The notes beneath the pieces were generated by a model. The model did not search any database. It saw only the letters and a program-made list of their open reading frames with translations, and was not told the origin of the DNA. A program made the translations under genes and the position numbers. Shown here one piece after another: positions 38,308 to 49,581 of a stretch of 64,000 nt of DNA (positions within the stretch are counted from its first letter, which is position 1; every line of letters starts with the position of its first letter). This DNA is from Desulfatiglandales bacterium (GTDB lineage: Bacteria; Desulfobacterota; DSM-4660; Desulfatiglandales; Desulfatiglandaceae), in assembly GCA_963662465.1 (NCBI GenBank), contig OY759599.1, positions 1,952,001 to 2,016,000 on the forward strand. The letters run 5' to 3'.

Positions 38308-39037
38308 CGCCATGATGGACGACCTGAATCGCACCGACCGCAAACGAGAGGCGCAACGCATCCGGTGTGTCATGTGCCACCACATTGCCAAGGAGGGACA
38401 CCTCAGCAGTCAGCCCATGGGAGCCCTCAGGGATTTTGTGGCCCACAATTCCGCGACCGAGCGTCCCGCGGTGGTCAACTTTCCCGTATTGCCGCATAAT
38501 CCCTACCAAATGGATGTGCCCGCCGCCCTCAAACAAATCGAAATTTCGCGGCCCGAATTGATCATCCTGGGAAAAAGCATGGTGATCTACAACGACTATC
38601 AGCCGAAGGTCTTGGCCAACGCCAAAGCCTTTGCCCATGCACTTTCCGACCGCGGCCTTGAACCGGCGGGAGATCCAAAGACAGGCTACACTGAAACCCA
38701 CCAGGTGATACTGCCGGTGGGGTACGGGCGCGGTCAGGAGATGGCTGAAAGGCTCGAAGACAACAACATCATCTGCAATTATCAGGCGACTCCCGATGAG
38801 GAGGGCTTTACCGCATCAGGGGCGCTTCGACTGGGGGTTTCGGAAATGACGCGATTTGGCATGGAAGAGAAGGATTTCCAGGAACTCGCGCAATTGATGA
38901 GGGACGTGGTCGTCAAAAACGCCCATGTCAAAGCCAGGGTTGAAAAAATGCGGCAACGGTTTCAAGATCTAAAATTTTGTTTTTCCGAGCAGGATTTCGA
39001 AGGCCACTTGCAGGAACTTCACAGACTTCTGCTATAA
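38174..39037 (+). pseudogene. Serine-hydroxymethyltransferase-like remnant with internal deletions
   Basis: SGQMANMAV, GHLS, YQPKVLANAKAFA, TETHQV, LRLG..EMTRFG present; the DxAH and THK(PLP-Lys) segment is missing at ~38590. Confidence 0.72.
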
Positions 39038-39468
39038 AATATTGGGGTATGAGTCAGTACGTAATGCGCTATTTTCGATGTTTTTTGTTGTTTTTCAGGC
39101 GCCCAACAACGATGATTCAAAGGGTATGCCTTTCAGCTTTCGAACGGAAGAATAGAACCAGCATTCTTCATTTTTTGTTATACGAAAAATGGGCGTCAAA
39201 AACCCATTTTTCTGAGGCTTCCAAGAACACAGTGTAACAGAAAGGTAATATAGGAACCCTTCACTTTTGGATTAACAGTCTGAAAAGGGCGTGACCACAA
39301 GATGTAGTGGCATCTGAGAATGAGAGAAACGGCAAATTCAATTTTGCTCGGATGACATATTGAGCTCTTATGTAAGATCATAAGTTTTTTTCAGATATAT
39401 GAGAGATATCCCCATGGTGAACAAAGACCGCAATTGGTGATTATCTCTGAAAACAGACAGCTGTTAAC

Positions 39469-40246
39469 CTATCCACTTGTGTAAACGGCAGCAATGAGAT
39501 AACGCTTGTACGTCTTCCCATCGTGTTGGACCGTCTCTGTGACCTGCTCCCAGTCTAATGTCTTAATGACTTTTTCCAGGGTGTAGGAATGAAGCAGATC
39601 ATCATCCTGCATCTGACCGTATCCCGGAACAGATGATGTGGTGATATAGTCTCCTGCCTGGATTTTTCCGTTGATATCAGTTACCCAGACCCGACCTTCC
39701 CCCGGTGCATTGACCACCCCGAAACGTTCACCATCCTCAGCTTTATACCAGTGATCTTCAGGAAGAGGACCACCGTAAACAATAACACCGAATACAGCTT
39801 TATCCCTGGTCTTGGTGGATATTGTAACTGTTGGCAGAGTGAACGACAGAGGTATTACCCCGTTTTTATCCTTTCTTTCTGCGGTTCTACCGGTTACAGA
39901 AGAAATCATTCCCGGCACAATTTCTTCCGGCATATCCTGTGCGAATCTCACCTCATGGGCGCCCGTGAAGGGTACGTAATTACTGCCTTGGACCGCCTGC
40001 ATAAAAATCGTATTGGTTTCCATAGCCGTAAACGCCCCTAACGAAAGTACCGGCTGCTTCAAAATATCCGCCGTATGAATAATATCTGTCGGAATAAGTG
40101 TTCACACCGCCAATAATCGCTCCATTAGGACTGTCTGTAAAATTTCCAGTAGAAAAGCTGCCGCTCAGGTGAAGTGGAGCGCTGATGCCCCCACCTGATA
40201 AGGCTGTAGCCAGCAACCTCAAGCAAAGCAGAGAGTTTATACTCAA
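39469..40246 (-). pseudogene. Remnant of a tail-fibre-like/surface protein with an intramolecular-chaperone-like C-terminal domain
   Basis: GGYF/GVYG/YDFYA low-complexity segment, frameshift near 39990, then PFTGAH...VNAPGEGRVWVTDING..GDYITTS..PGYGQ.QDDD. Confidence 0.5.
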
Positions 40247-40515
40247 AGGAATTAATCGGTTTGCCTTCCACAGAAGGGCTGCTCTTTTGAGAATTCACCC
40301 CATTCTGTTTGCATCCACCCACACTCTGTGGTAAATGGATCATAAAACCAGTTTGTATTTGAGTCGCGCTTTTTTCCGGTATAGGTTTTTCGTTGTCGTG
40401 AAACATCCTGCCCCAGAAGCCGTGGGCACTGGGACTGCTTTAGGGGTATACGCGGACAGTATCTGCCAAAAAGGGCACCCGGAAATTCGATATCGCCATG
40501 GGTGGGGATGTTTTA

Positions 40516-41898
40516 ATGGACCGCCGTTTCTTCAATAGCCTTCTCCTTTTTCTATTGTTTTCACTTATTGTAGCCCTTCCCGGCACTGCGCACACGGACA
40601 CGTTAATGGACGATCCGATCCCGGAGAGCGGAGGGATTGCTGCGAACCCCCAGACGGCCTATACCTTTTTGGGTTGGGATCAACTGGGTCGCGGCCTGGG
40701 CCTGAAAGATGAATGGGGAGTCCGTCTGGGCGGATTTTTGATCCTCGAACCAAACTGGATTGCCTCGGGCGGGGTCGAGCCAAACTCGAGCCACGCAAGT
40801 CTGGCCGTGGGCATCCACACATCAGTCGATCTGCGAAAGGCCGTTGGTATCCCCGGAGGAACGTTGGGGGTTGAATTCCTCGGGTTTACTGGGGATGCTA
40901 TCAATAACGCTGCCGGTTGCGTCCAGATGTTCAGCAACATGGATGGTGCTCCGCCCCGAAGTCGCATAGAGCTGATGCAGGCATGGTGGCATCAGCGCCT
41001 GTTCGACGACAAGCTCATCTTCCAAATCGGTAAGATGAACGTGGCCGGACACTTCGGCACGGTTACGAAACCGGTGTTTGTCAGCGAAGGCCATCTTCAG
41101 GATTCCGGTAGCGACATCAGCAGCCTGATTTGGGCGCCGGTGGGCCTCAATCCGACAGTGCTCTCCATATTCCCCGCCTATTACAATACCGCCTATGGGG
41201 CCACCGTCCACTTTGCCCCCACCCATAACCTGTATGCTTCCTACGGCCTTTTCGACGGGAATCTTGCCCGAGGCGTACAGACGGGTCTCAAGTGGGGGCC
41301 GCAGTTCAACGATTACAAGCTTCACATCGGGGAATTGGGATATGCCTGGCGCGTGGGAGAACACGGCAAGCCGGGGAGGCTCGGGGTGGGGGTCTGGAGA
41401 CAGACCGGGGACCTGAACGCACCCTCTCTCACTAGCGAGGATGGGGCAACGGGGTATTATTTATTTGCCAACCAGCGGCTCTGGTACCGAAAGCCGGACA
41501 TCAACAACTCCGGACTCATCGGCTATTTTCAATATGGGCACACCGGCGCCGATTCAGTGATGGTCAATGACTATGTCGGCACCGGGCTCAGCGGGGTCGG
41601 CCTGGTGCCCGGACGACCTTACGATACCATCAGTGTGGGTATGGCGTGGTCCAAGCTGAACGACCTGCCCGGCGCAGGCGCCTTCTTCTACCCCGATGTC
41701 AAGTCCGATTCAAAAGACCTCAGGGGAAACGAATTGATGTTCCAGGCCGCGTACCTGACGACCTTTGTTTTCAAGACGTTCAGCGCTTTCTGGACCCTCA
41801 CTCCGGAATTGGTCTACACCTATATCCCCACCCCGGGGCGACGTCCGGACCTTGATGCAGCCCATGTATTCACGGCACGCTTTATTGTATTGTTTTAA
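40516..41898 (+). CDS. Carbohydrate-selective porin, OprB family
   Basis: Signal peptide, LMQAWWHQRLFDDKL..QIGK, GYYLFANQRLW, GLVPGRPYDT..G, terminal Phe. Confidence 0.8.
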   Translation: MDRRFFNSLLLFLLFSLIVALPGTAHTDTLMDDPIPESGGIAANPQTAYTFLGWDQLGRGLGLKDEWGVRLGGFLILEPNWIASGGVEPNSSHASLAVGIHTSVDLRKAVGIPGGTLGVEFLGFTGDAINNAAGCVQMFSNMDGAPPRSRIELMQAWWHQRLFDDKLIFQIGKMNVAGHFGTVTKPVFVSEGHLQDSGSDISSLIWAPVGLNPTVLSIFPAYYNTAYGATVHFAPTHNLYASYGLFDGNLARGVQTGLKWGPQFNDYKLHIGELGYAWRVGEHGKPGRLGVGVWRQTGDLNAPSLTSEDGATGYYLFANQRLWYRKPDINNSGLIGYFQYGHTGADSVMVNDYVGTGLSGVGLVPGRPYDTISVGMAWSKLNDLPGAGAFFYPDVKSDSKDLRGNELMFQAAYLTTFVFKTFSAFWTLTPELVYTYIPTPGRRPDLDAAHVFTARFIVLF

Positions 41899-41903
41899 CA
41901 CTC

Positions 41904-42716
41904 TCAATATTCCATCGTTCCTTTACGCCTTTTCTCGGCGACGCTCAGCAAATAATCGTCTAGCGCTTTCATATATTCCGGATTTTTGGCCTGTGCACCC
42001 ATTGATTCCAGACCCGACCGATCGTCATCGGTCGTGATGACGAGTCTCTGATTTTCCGCGATGCCTGCGAGGATGCGCTCTGCCGAAACCTTTGGGGTGA
42101 TGGCGAAGTCAGGTGCCTGTCCCTGCCAAATAGCGGTCGCAACGGTCCCCGGAATAACAACTGAAAAACGAACGTTATCCTGCCAATATTCGGCACGCAA
42201 CGATAACGTAAAACTCACCAAAGCGGATTTTGTTGCTGCATACATGCTCTGGGCCGGGAACGGAGAAAACGCAATTCCGGACGCAGTATTGGCTATATGC
42301 CCGCCTCCCTGCGCGATCATTATCGGCAGTGCGGCGCGGACGCCGTAAAGAGGGCCATAGAAATTGACATCGAAGGCGAACTTCCAATCTTCGTTTGTCG
42401 TTTCACCAAACCATTTGGCTAGCCCGGCCCCCGCATTGTTAAAAAGCAGGTCAAGGTGCCCGCCGCCGATCTCAGCCGCACGCGCGACCATTGCTTGCAC
42501 GCTCTCTTCTTTTGTAACATCCGTCTTCACGGAAAAGACCTTGCCGGGATATGTACCTTTCAGACGTGCAATTTCCCTTTCTAAATTCTCCTCGTTGACG
42601 TCAGCCAGCACGACCGCCTTAGCATCCATGGCCAGCATTCCTTCGCACATCGCCAGTCCGATTCCCGACGCACCGCCCGTAACGGCCGCAACTTTATCTT
42701 TATAATATTCTTTCAT
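41904..42716 (-). CDS. Short-chain dehydrogenase/reductase
   Basis: TGGASGIG, NNAG, YAATK. Confidence 0.92.
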   Translation of the reverse strand: MKEYYKDKVAAVTGGASGIGLAMCEGMLAMDAKAVVLADVNEENLEREIARLKGTYPGKVFSVKTDVTKEESVQAMVARAAEIGGGHLDLLFNNAGAGLAKWFGETTNEDWKFAFDVNFYGPLYGVRAALPIMIAQGGGHIANTASGIAFSPFPAQSMYAATKSALVSFTLSLRAEYWQDNVRFSVVIPGTVATAIWQGQAPDFAITPKVSAERILAGIAENQRLVITTDDDRSGLESMGAQAKNPEYMKALDDYLLSVAEKRRKGTMEY

Positions 42717-42784
42717 CCTCTTTGTCTCCTTTTCCCGTAAAGGACTTCGTCGATCTCCCATAGAATCCTGAAATGCAATTTTTC

Positions 42785-42813
42785 TTGACGTCCAGGTATG
42801 CCGACACTATATT
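42785..42813 (+). promoter_or_regulatory. Candidate sigma70 promoter
   Basis: TTGACG, 17-nt spacer, TATATT, upstream of the ORF at 42872. Confidence 0.5.
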
Positions 42814-42871
42814 CTTTTACGCAAAAAAATAATTTCTATCAATTACTTTAAGCTCTTAACATTGAAATCAG

Positions 42872-44041
42872 GTGACAAAAAACAAACTTTTCAAAGAGGC
42901 TGACCTTTCACTCGAAGTCGTCATGCTCCTGTTTGCGGGAATGGTGATGCTCGTCCTCGGCCTGCTGCTGTTTCCTGTTTATGCAGGCATTCTCTCCTAC
43001 TATGAAAACGGTCTCTTCGGCCTTATGCTGGTCGTTTATGCCCTTCAGATCATATCCATGGGGAAGACACCATTTGGCGATATACGAAGATCCCGGACAG
43101 TCATTCTATTCGGCGTAATCATCGCCGCGGTAGGGATTGTCGCTTGTTTTATCCCGGACATCTTCGGAAACGTTCCTCGCATTCTTCTCATTATCTTCTT
43201 CGGGGCCGGCGGCCTCGTCCTTTTCCTCCAAATGCTCTTTGGTCAAAACAAATATCGGCTCTGGCGAGAATACGGAGGTATCTTCAATCACCTAATCCTT
43301 GCGTGTGGCGTGGTCTATCTCGTCCAGATATTGATTGCATTTTTGATTTTTGATCCAAACTTCCTTAGAGGCGCGCAGGTGGCAACCGCGGCTCTCCTTT
43401 ACGGGCTTGCACTTTTTTATCTCGCTTGTGTTTTGCAAAGAATCACATGGCGTTATCCTCCCACACAACAAAAACCGCCATCTGATGGCAGCCTCTCCAT
43501 GGACAACATTATTCTCCTGCTGATGGGTGTTTTCATGGTCCTTCTGGGTCTCCTGCTGCTTCCCGTAAACCTTGGTCTCCTCCCATTCTCGGGAAGCGCC
43601 CAGCTCGGGCTTCTGATGGTCATATTTGCCATCCAGATGCTGGCGCTCGGAAGCACCCCCATCGGGGCCTTTCCCAGGTCCTGGCTCATCGTTCTGCTCG
43701 GCTTTATCTTTGGGGCTCTTGGTGTTATATCATGCATCATTCCTGACATTCTCGTCATGCCGCTCACCCTCCTCGTCGGTCTCCTCAATATAGTTGCGGG
43801 TATCATTGGGATTGTAAAGGTCACCCTGAAAGCGAGGAAAACTGCTGAGCCAATTCCAACAACTCTTTTGAAGATCAATTCCGCCCTACTTGTCACAAAC
43901 ATTCTGACCATTCTTTTTGGAATGACAATGCTTTTCGCCGGTCTGATTCCAGGATTCATCATTGGAACGGTTCTTGCGGCAAACGGAGGCGTCCTGCTTT
44001 ACCTGCTCCATCAACTGGTATCTTTGGAAAAAACACAATGA
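42872..44041 (+). CDS. Polytopic membrane protein built from an internal duplication
   Basis: Many hydrophobic segments; halves GLMLVVYALQIISMGKTPFG / GLLMVIFAIQMLALGSTPIG. Confidence 0.8.
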   Translation: MTKNKLFKEADLSLEVVMLLFAGMVMLVLGLLLFPVYAGILSYYENGLFGLMLVVYALQIISMGKTPFGDIRRSRTVILFGVIIAAVGIVACFIPDIFGNVPRILLIIFFGAGGLVLFLQMLFGQNKYRLWREYGGIFNHLILACGVVYLVQILIAFLIFDPNFLRGAQVATAALLYGLALFYLACVLQRITWRYPPTQQKPPSDGSLSMDNIILLLMGVFMVLLGLLLLPVNLGLLPFSGSAQLGLLMVIFAIQMLALGSTPIGAFPRSWLIVLLGFIFGALGVISCIIPDILVMPLTLLVGLLNIVAGIIGIVKVTLKARKTAEPIPTTLLKINSALLVTNILTILFGMTMLFAGLIPGFIIGTVLAANGGVLLYLLHQLVSLEKTQ

Positions 44042-44163
44042 CGGAACATCATAGATGTTTTTTCGGTGGTCTCATTTTTTGGTTATTGTTGATTAAATTG
44101 AAGTACAGCTTACCTGCCCTACCCTGTCAATAAGGTGCATAGGGAGGCAAAAGGAGAACGGAT

Positions 44164-45018
44164 ATGGAAAATGATAGTCGGCATGACAACGATTTTTTTA
44201 AAGACAAAGTGGCGATAATCACGGGGGCGTCTACCGGCATAGGACTTGGTTTGAGTCGCGGCCTGCTCGAGCGGGGCGCGGAGGTGTATATGAGCAGCAG
44301 GACGCCAAAAAACATCGCCGCAGCTGCCGAATCTCTTCGGAAACACGGGGGGCGCGTCCATGCCCAGGTTGTGGATGTACGTGACGAAGATGCGGTTGAT
44401 AATTATATCGAATTCGTAGGGAGCAGGGGCCCAATCCACTACATCTTTTGCAATGCGGGCGTGGGCTTCGGCCAAGCGTTTACCACAACGAAAAGAGAGG
44501 ACTGGAATACGGTTTTCGACGTCAACCTGTTCGGCGTAGTAAACTGCGTGCATGCGGTCGTACCCATCATGATGAGACAGGGATACGGACATATTGTGAA
44601 CACCGCTTCCGTGTGCGGAATCGTGCCACTCCCTTATCAGACCGTTTATGCGGCCTCGAAGTATGCCGTCGTGGGCTTCGGGGAGGATTTGCGCTACGAG
44701 ATGTCCTTCCACAATATCAAGGTAACGACGGTCTGTCCCGGCGCGGTGGATACGATGATTTTCTACCGCTCTCTGGACTATAAGCTCCACATGGAACTGC
44801 CGAAGCCACCGGAAGCGATCAGCATCGATCAGGCTGCCGACGAAATTCTCACAGGTGTGGAGGCGGGACGAAATATCGTGCCCGTCGAGGACTTTGCGAG
44901 AAAGATGTACCATGCCATCGGCACGAACCCGTCGGAGGTCGAAGAGACGATGTGCCATTTAGCAAAATTGAGGCACGATGATCCGCAATATGCAATGGGC
45001 GATCCAACCATGGAATAA
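44164..45018 (+). CDS. Short-chain dehydrogenase/reductase
   Basis: TGASTGIG, CNAG, YAASK. Confidence 0.92.
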   Translation: MENDSRHDNDFFKDKVAIITGASTGIGLGLSRGLLERGAEVYMSSRTPKNIAAAAESLRKHGGRVHAQVVDVRDEDAVDNYIEFVGSRGPIHYIFCNAGVGFGQAFTTTKREDWNTVFDVNLFGVVNCVHAVVPIMMRQGYGHIVNTASVCGIVPLPYQTVYAASKYAVVGFGEDLRYEMSFHNIKVTTVCPGAVDTMIFYRSLDYKLHMELPKPPEAISIDQAADEILTGVEAGRNIVPVEDFARKMYHAIGTNPSEVEETMCHLAKLRHDDPQYAMGDPTME

Positions 45019-45561
45019 CCCTCTTTTCATGCTGACGGTACGGGTCAAAAGAAAACAAACCACCAAATGTGCGGCGAGCGCCCCTGATAGCTGAAGTTCA
45101 AGAATGCAGGCGGAATTTCATTGCCCCAATAGTGTGTGTTATCTTGACAATATCAAATTTATTTTGTGGGTTCAAAACCTGGCAATATGCTTTAGCTATC
45201 CATAAATGTGTTCAGGCATTGGAAGTTACATCGAAGAACCTTACGGCCACAACATATGGGGGTCGGTTGCTTTGTTGCGCACCCCGATCGCACGAAAGGG
45301 GTGTGTACATTAACCCAGCATGGCACATCCGCCAATTTCCTGCAAGGCTGGACAGCAATTCTAATTATGGTTTTTGAGATAGGCTGCGGTTTGTTTTTTT
45401 CGTTGCCATTCACGGACGGCGCATTCCCCTTGTTCCCATATTCTGCCCGGGAATAAGGGAAAAAACATTGATATCATTGATAATTATTTTTTTTACGGAC
45501 ATTTTTTTCATATAATGATAATAGATCCTGAACAAGAATACCTCATATTATTGGAAACAAA

Positions 45562-46015
45562 ATGTCCTCTGAAAAACAATCAAAGAAGAAATCTCAGCAG
45601 CTCAGTTTCGATAGTATGGTCAAATGCCTTCGATCCACGATGGCTGGTTTTCCTGATATACGAACAGGGTCCAACTGCCACTACAGCATTGAGGACGCAG
45701 CCTTGGGTGCATTTTCTATTTTTTTTACTCAAAGCCCTTCTTTCCTGGCATTTCAAAGCGATATGCAGAAAAATAAAGGAATAAGCAATGCCCAAACCCT
45801 GTTTAACATGGATGAAATTCCTTCTGATAACCACATTCGAAATTTGATGGATGAAGTTCCACCCTCCGAAGCATATCCGATGTTCCATTATGTATTTGAT
45901 GGAATAAAGGTTATTTCATTGCCCCCCGAGTTTATAACGCCTCAAGATGGACACCAAAAACAGGACTGTGAAAATGCTGCCGCGAAACGTTGGATAAAGC
46001 AGTATGCACCATTAT
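45562..46015 (+). mobile_element. Transposase remnant (ISNCY-like), internally deleted and truncated
   Basis: FPDIRTG, DAALGAFSIFFTQSPSFL, IPSDNHIRNLMD joined directly to PEFITPQDGHQKQDCENAAAKRW. Confidence 0.7.
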
Positions 46016-46454
46016 ACTGTCGTCCAAAAAACTGTCAGTTCCATGCATCTCTCAAGCCTCAGTCCAACCCCTTCCCAACGATGATATCACAACCCTTCGG
46101 CTGCGGGAAATCGGTTGAGATACCATTTCGGCCAGAATAGTGGGATTGGCCTGATGAGACACAAAAATCAGTTTGAGCGATAATTCAGAGATGTGCACTC
46201 ATCACCGAGAAACGGTAGAATGATTTGCTTTATGATTTCAAATGGCATCACCTAATACAGAATTGAGGCGTCATATGGTTTGCGATAGAATTGTAGGGTG
46301 AATCCATATTGTGTGCTGTTGTTGAAGACGCAACCATAGGCATGCTGAGATCCGTACTGATGGTATAGAGTACGAACCCGTTCCATTGGTCAGTGTTGGT
46401 ATAACCGGTTTCCAGTAAGAATCAGAGCATACCAACACATCAATGCCTTCCAGA

Positions 46455-47720
46455 TTAGTGTGCCAGGTGTACCGTCAGCGTACAGCGATTTCCAGTCTGA
46501 GCATCAGGGTCAAACGGCGCTCGCGGAAGCGATGTAATGATCAGGGTTCTGGTTCCATCCGGGCCAAATGGAATGCGGGCATTGCCCCCTTTTAGGTCGA
46601 CGAAGTTCCCATCTGAATCCTTCGAAATCCCCGGCACCACCTGTACAATCCAGTCCACCGTTTGATCCAATGGTTCCACCAGCGAAAGTTCGAAAGATTT
46701 TTGTGAGGTATCCGTTTGTTCAATCTCCAAATACACACTGCCGAGCACCATCGGGGCCGGTTCTATCGGATATGAACCAGAAATGGCTTGAAGGGAGTTC
46801 ACACTTACACCTGACTCGGGCAGGAATGGAAGCTGCAACCACTCTGTCGGCAAGTGACGGAAATGCTTTCCGTCATCCCTCGGGCCGGTGTAATAACGCC
46901 ATCGTGCAAACGCAATCACCGAATCCATGAATGACTCACCCAACGGCGCAAGGATGGTATTCAGGCCATCAACCAGATTGGGACTATTGACCAAGAGATC
47001 GGGATGATTTCGAACTTTGAGCCACAGATCAGGCAAAAAGCCCTCGCTGCTCTCAAAATACCGGTCACGAATAAAACAAAAATAAAGAGCCGAACCATAC
47101 ATGTACCAGGTGCTGTAATCGTCATCCCAAAGCAGGCTCCAGTCCGGTCTGGATTGGAAATCCTCAATGCAGTAACTGCAGGCCGGGCCAAAAAATTGCT
47201 CAATATAGACGGACGTCATTTCAAAGGAGATGGCGATTTCATGCCAATCATTAGCAGCCTGTGTGGCATGGTTGAATTCATGCGCGATGGTTTGGCCCAG
47301 AATGTCTCCGCCATAGGGTCCCCAGGGATCCAGCAGCATAAAACTGGCGCGCCCGCCCCAGGGGGTAACGATATCCTCCGAAACGATATTCACCCAACAC
47401 TTCCGATGGCCTTCCCAGATAAAAACGTCGAAAGCGCCGTCAGGACCGCACAGACGTTCGTCGGAAGGCGGAGGTACATACCCCCATTCATCCACTTAAA
47501 CCTCCCAGGCGACTTCAAGATACGCTATAACTTCCCGCGCCATGGCCTCCTCGTTCGCGGTGCGATAGTGAACCATAAAGGGATACTTCTCTGACACAAG
47601 CGAAAACGGCCAATATTCAGGATGTTCACATTCTCCTCCGTTTTGCACTCCATGAAAGAGGGACGTTATGAACCCTCTTTTTCTGGAAATGCCCCCTTGT
47701 TCCACTGGTTGCAGGTACAC
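46455..47720 (-). pseudogene. Zinc metallopeptidase (HExxH) interrupted by an in-frame TAA
   Basis: AHEFNHATQ...FE motif; ORFs 47496-47720 and 46455-47495 are in the same frame, separated by one TAA. Confidence 0.65.
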
Positions 47721-47827
47721 GCATTAGTACGGAAAATAAGAAAACCGAATACAATTTTGCGCCTGGTTTCCCTCCTCGGATTGAAAGATGATTTATTTTT
47801 AGAACTTTTCTTTAAAACAGCAGCCCA

Positions 47828-48760
47828 TTAAACAAAGGCAGTCTTTCGCCTGCGAATTGTTTTGACGGCTATTCCTGCTATAATCAGAGACAGAATAAAA
47901 ATACCCCACTCGCTCAAAGTGGGAACAGGAGTTGGTGCATCTGCCGTTACTGCCAATCCAATTGGGTTATTGCATCCTGCTATCCAGTTTTGGTCGACGT
48001 CTGAACCATCCAAATTGGCTCGACCTATGGTGCCATTATTGGTATTTGACCAGTATACATGTTTTGAATCGACGGCCAGTCCCTTTGGATTATTGCATCC
48101 CGATACCCAATTTTGGTTGGGACTGGAACCATCCAGATTGGCTCGACCTATCGCGCCATGGCTGTTTGACCAATATACATGTTTCGAATCGACAGCCAGC
48201 CCCTTTGGGGAAATGCACCCTGGTATCCAGTTTTGGTTGATGTTTGAGCCATCCAGGTTGGCTCGGCCTATCGTACCGGAAACACTATTGGCCCAGTAAA
48301 CATAATTTGAATCGACGGCAACCGCTTGTGGCTGACCTCCAAATATCCAGATCTGGTTGGGACTGGAACCATCCAGATTTGCGCGGCCTATACCATCAAC
48401 ATTTGCCCAGTATACATAATTTGAGTCAAGCGCCAAATCCGCTGGATAATTACACCCCGATATCCAGTTCTGGTTGGGGCTAGAGCCATCCAGGTTTGCG
48501 CGGCCTACACCGCCAGGACTATAAGTCCAGTAGACATAATTTGGATCGACCGCCACACCCCATGGTGTAAACCCCGACATCCAATTCTGGTTCGGACTGG
48601 AACCATCATGGTTCGCTCTACCTATGGCATCGCCGTATTCATTTGCCCAGTATACATAGGCCGAACACTTATCAGCAAGAACGGGTATAAACAACACCAG
48701 TGCCAAAAGGATTGTCAAACACAACGAAAAAAATCTTTTCTGAAAAGTCTCCACGATCAA
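47828..48760 (-). CDS. Secreted six-repeat beta-propeller protein with IPTL-CTERM-like tail
   Basis: Signal peptide, six YVYW..IGRANLDGS..NQNW..P.GLAVD repeats, VPTLSEWG plus TM plus RRRK. Confidence 0.85.
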   Translation of the reverse strand: MIVETFQKRFFSLCLTILLALVLFIPVLADKCSAYVYWANEYGDAIGRANHDGSSPNQNWMSGFTPWGVAVDPNYVYWTYSPGGVGRANLDGSSPNQNWISGCNYPADLALDSNYVYWANVDGIGRANLDGSSPNQIWIFGGQPQAVAVDSNYVYWANSVSGTIGRANLDGSNINQNWIPGCISPKGLAVDSKHVYWSNSHGAIGRANLDGSSPNQNWVSGCNNPKGLAVDSKHVYWSNTNNGTIGRANLDGSDVDQNWIAGCNNPIGLAVTADAPTPVPTLSEWGIFILSLIIAGIAVKTIRRRKTAFV

Positions 48761-49581
48761 TTCCTCCTCTACTGTCCCATTGCGAAATATTGCCTGAAAG
48801 AGACCTGGAAAATGGCAATATCACCCTAACAAACCAATACTACGTAGATGCCGGCCTGTCGCGTTTATGATATCCCCCACCACCATCCGCCCTCCGTTCA
48901 GAATTAAAGACTTTGGAAAAAATGAGTGCTCTGGGGAAGGCGGCCCCCTATGAGTTTCACCCAAGAAGCTGTAGATCCCGCAGGTACGCATTTTTATTCA
49001 CCCTCCATAGCAACATGAGCGCAGTCCACAAGTTGGACATCCCCTGAAAACAATAAGTTACGTCAGGAATAGCGGCCACTCGAATGCCTCGCACAGGAAC
49101 GTCGGAGCGAAAAGAAATTTTTCTGAAATTTTTCGTGGAAATCCCTCCGCTATCCATGGTTCCCGGCAGCACCTAGGTTTTTGTCCCATGGTGCGGCAAA
49201 AGCATGGATAAGCCTTGGCGGAGGCGGGCATCAGAGTGGCTGGTGGTCAGGCCCCCGTCAGGTTTTCTTTGGATGAAATCCTGTCGGTAACGCCGATTAG
49301 TTAAAAAATGTATATTTTACGCTTTCCGTTATGTCAAGGAAAAAAAGATACTGGTGTCTAAGGAGGTTCAGGCAATTTCGGGAAATGGCCCGACCTCTCA
49401 AATCCATGGCGCTTTCATCGGCCGGATAGTTGAGATAGAATCCAGAAATTCAACTATCCTGTGCCGTCAAAGCCAAGTAATATGCCTTACGTTCTTTGAG
49501 AAGGGTATTATCGCAGATTTGAAAATATTTCAGCCGCACTTTGACTCATCTCTTATGCCAAAAACCAAAATATCGTAAAGC

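Noticed and set aside
39469..40406. Prophage
   Set aside because: No integrase, terminase, capsid or other phage genes nearby
45069..45456. Short ORFs or a structured RNA between the SDR and the transposase remnant
   Set aside because: No protein motifs; only short, weak hairpins
47496..47498. Selenocysteine or pyrrolysine read-through in the metallopeptidase
   Set aside because: The codon is TAA, not TGA or TAG; a CAA-to-TAA change or a sequencing error is simpler
47900..48660. CRISPR-like periodic DNA repeats
   Set aside because: The repeats are in-frame coding blades with no unique spacers, and no cas genes are present
48780..49580. c-di-GMP riboswitch upstream of the surface-protein gene
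   Set aside because: The GEMM-type GCAAA...GAAA...GACGCAAAGC pattern was not found by eye on either strand
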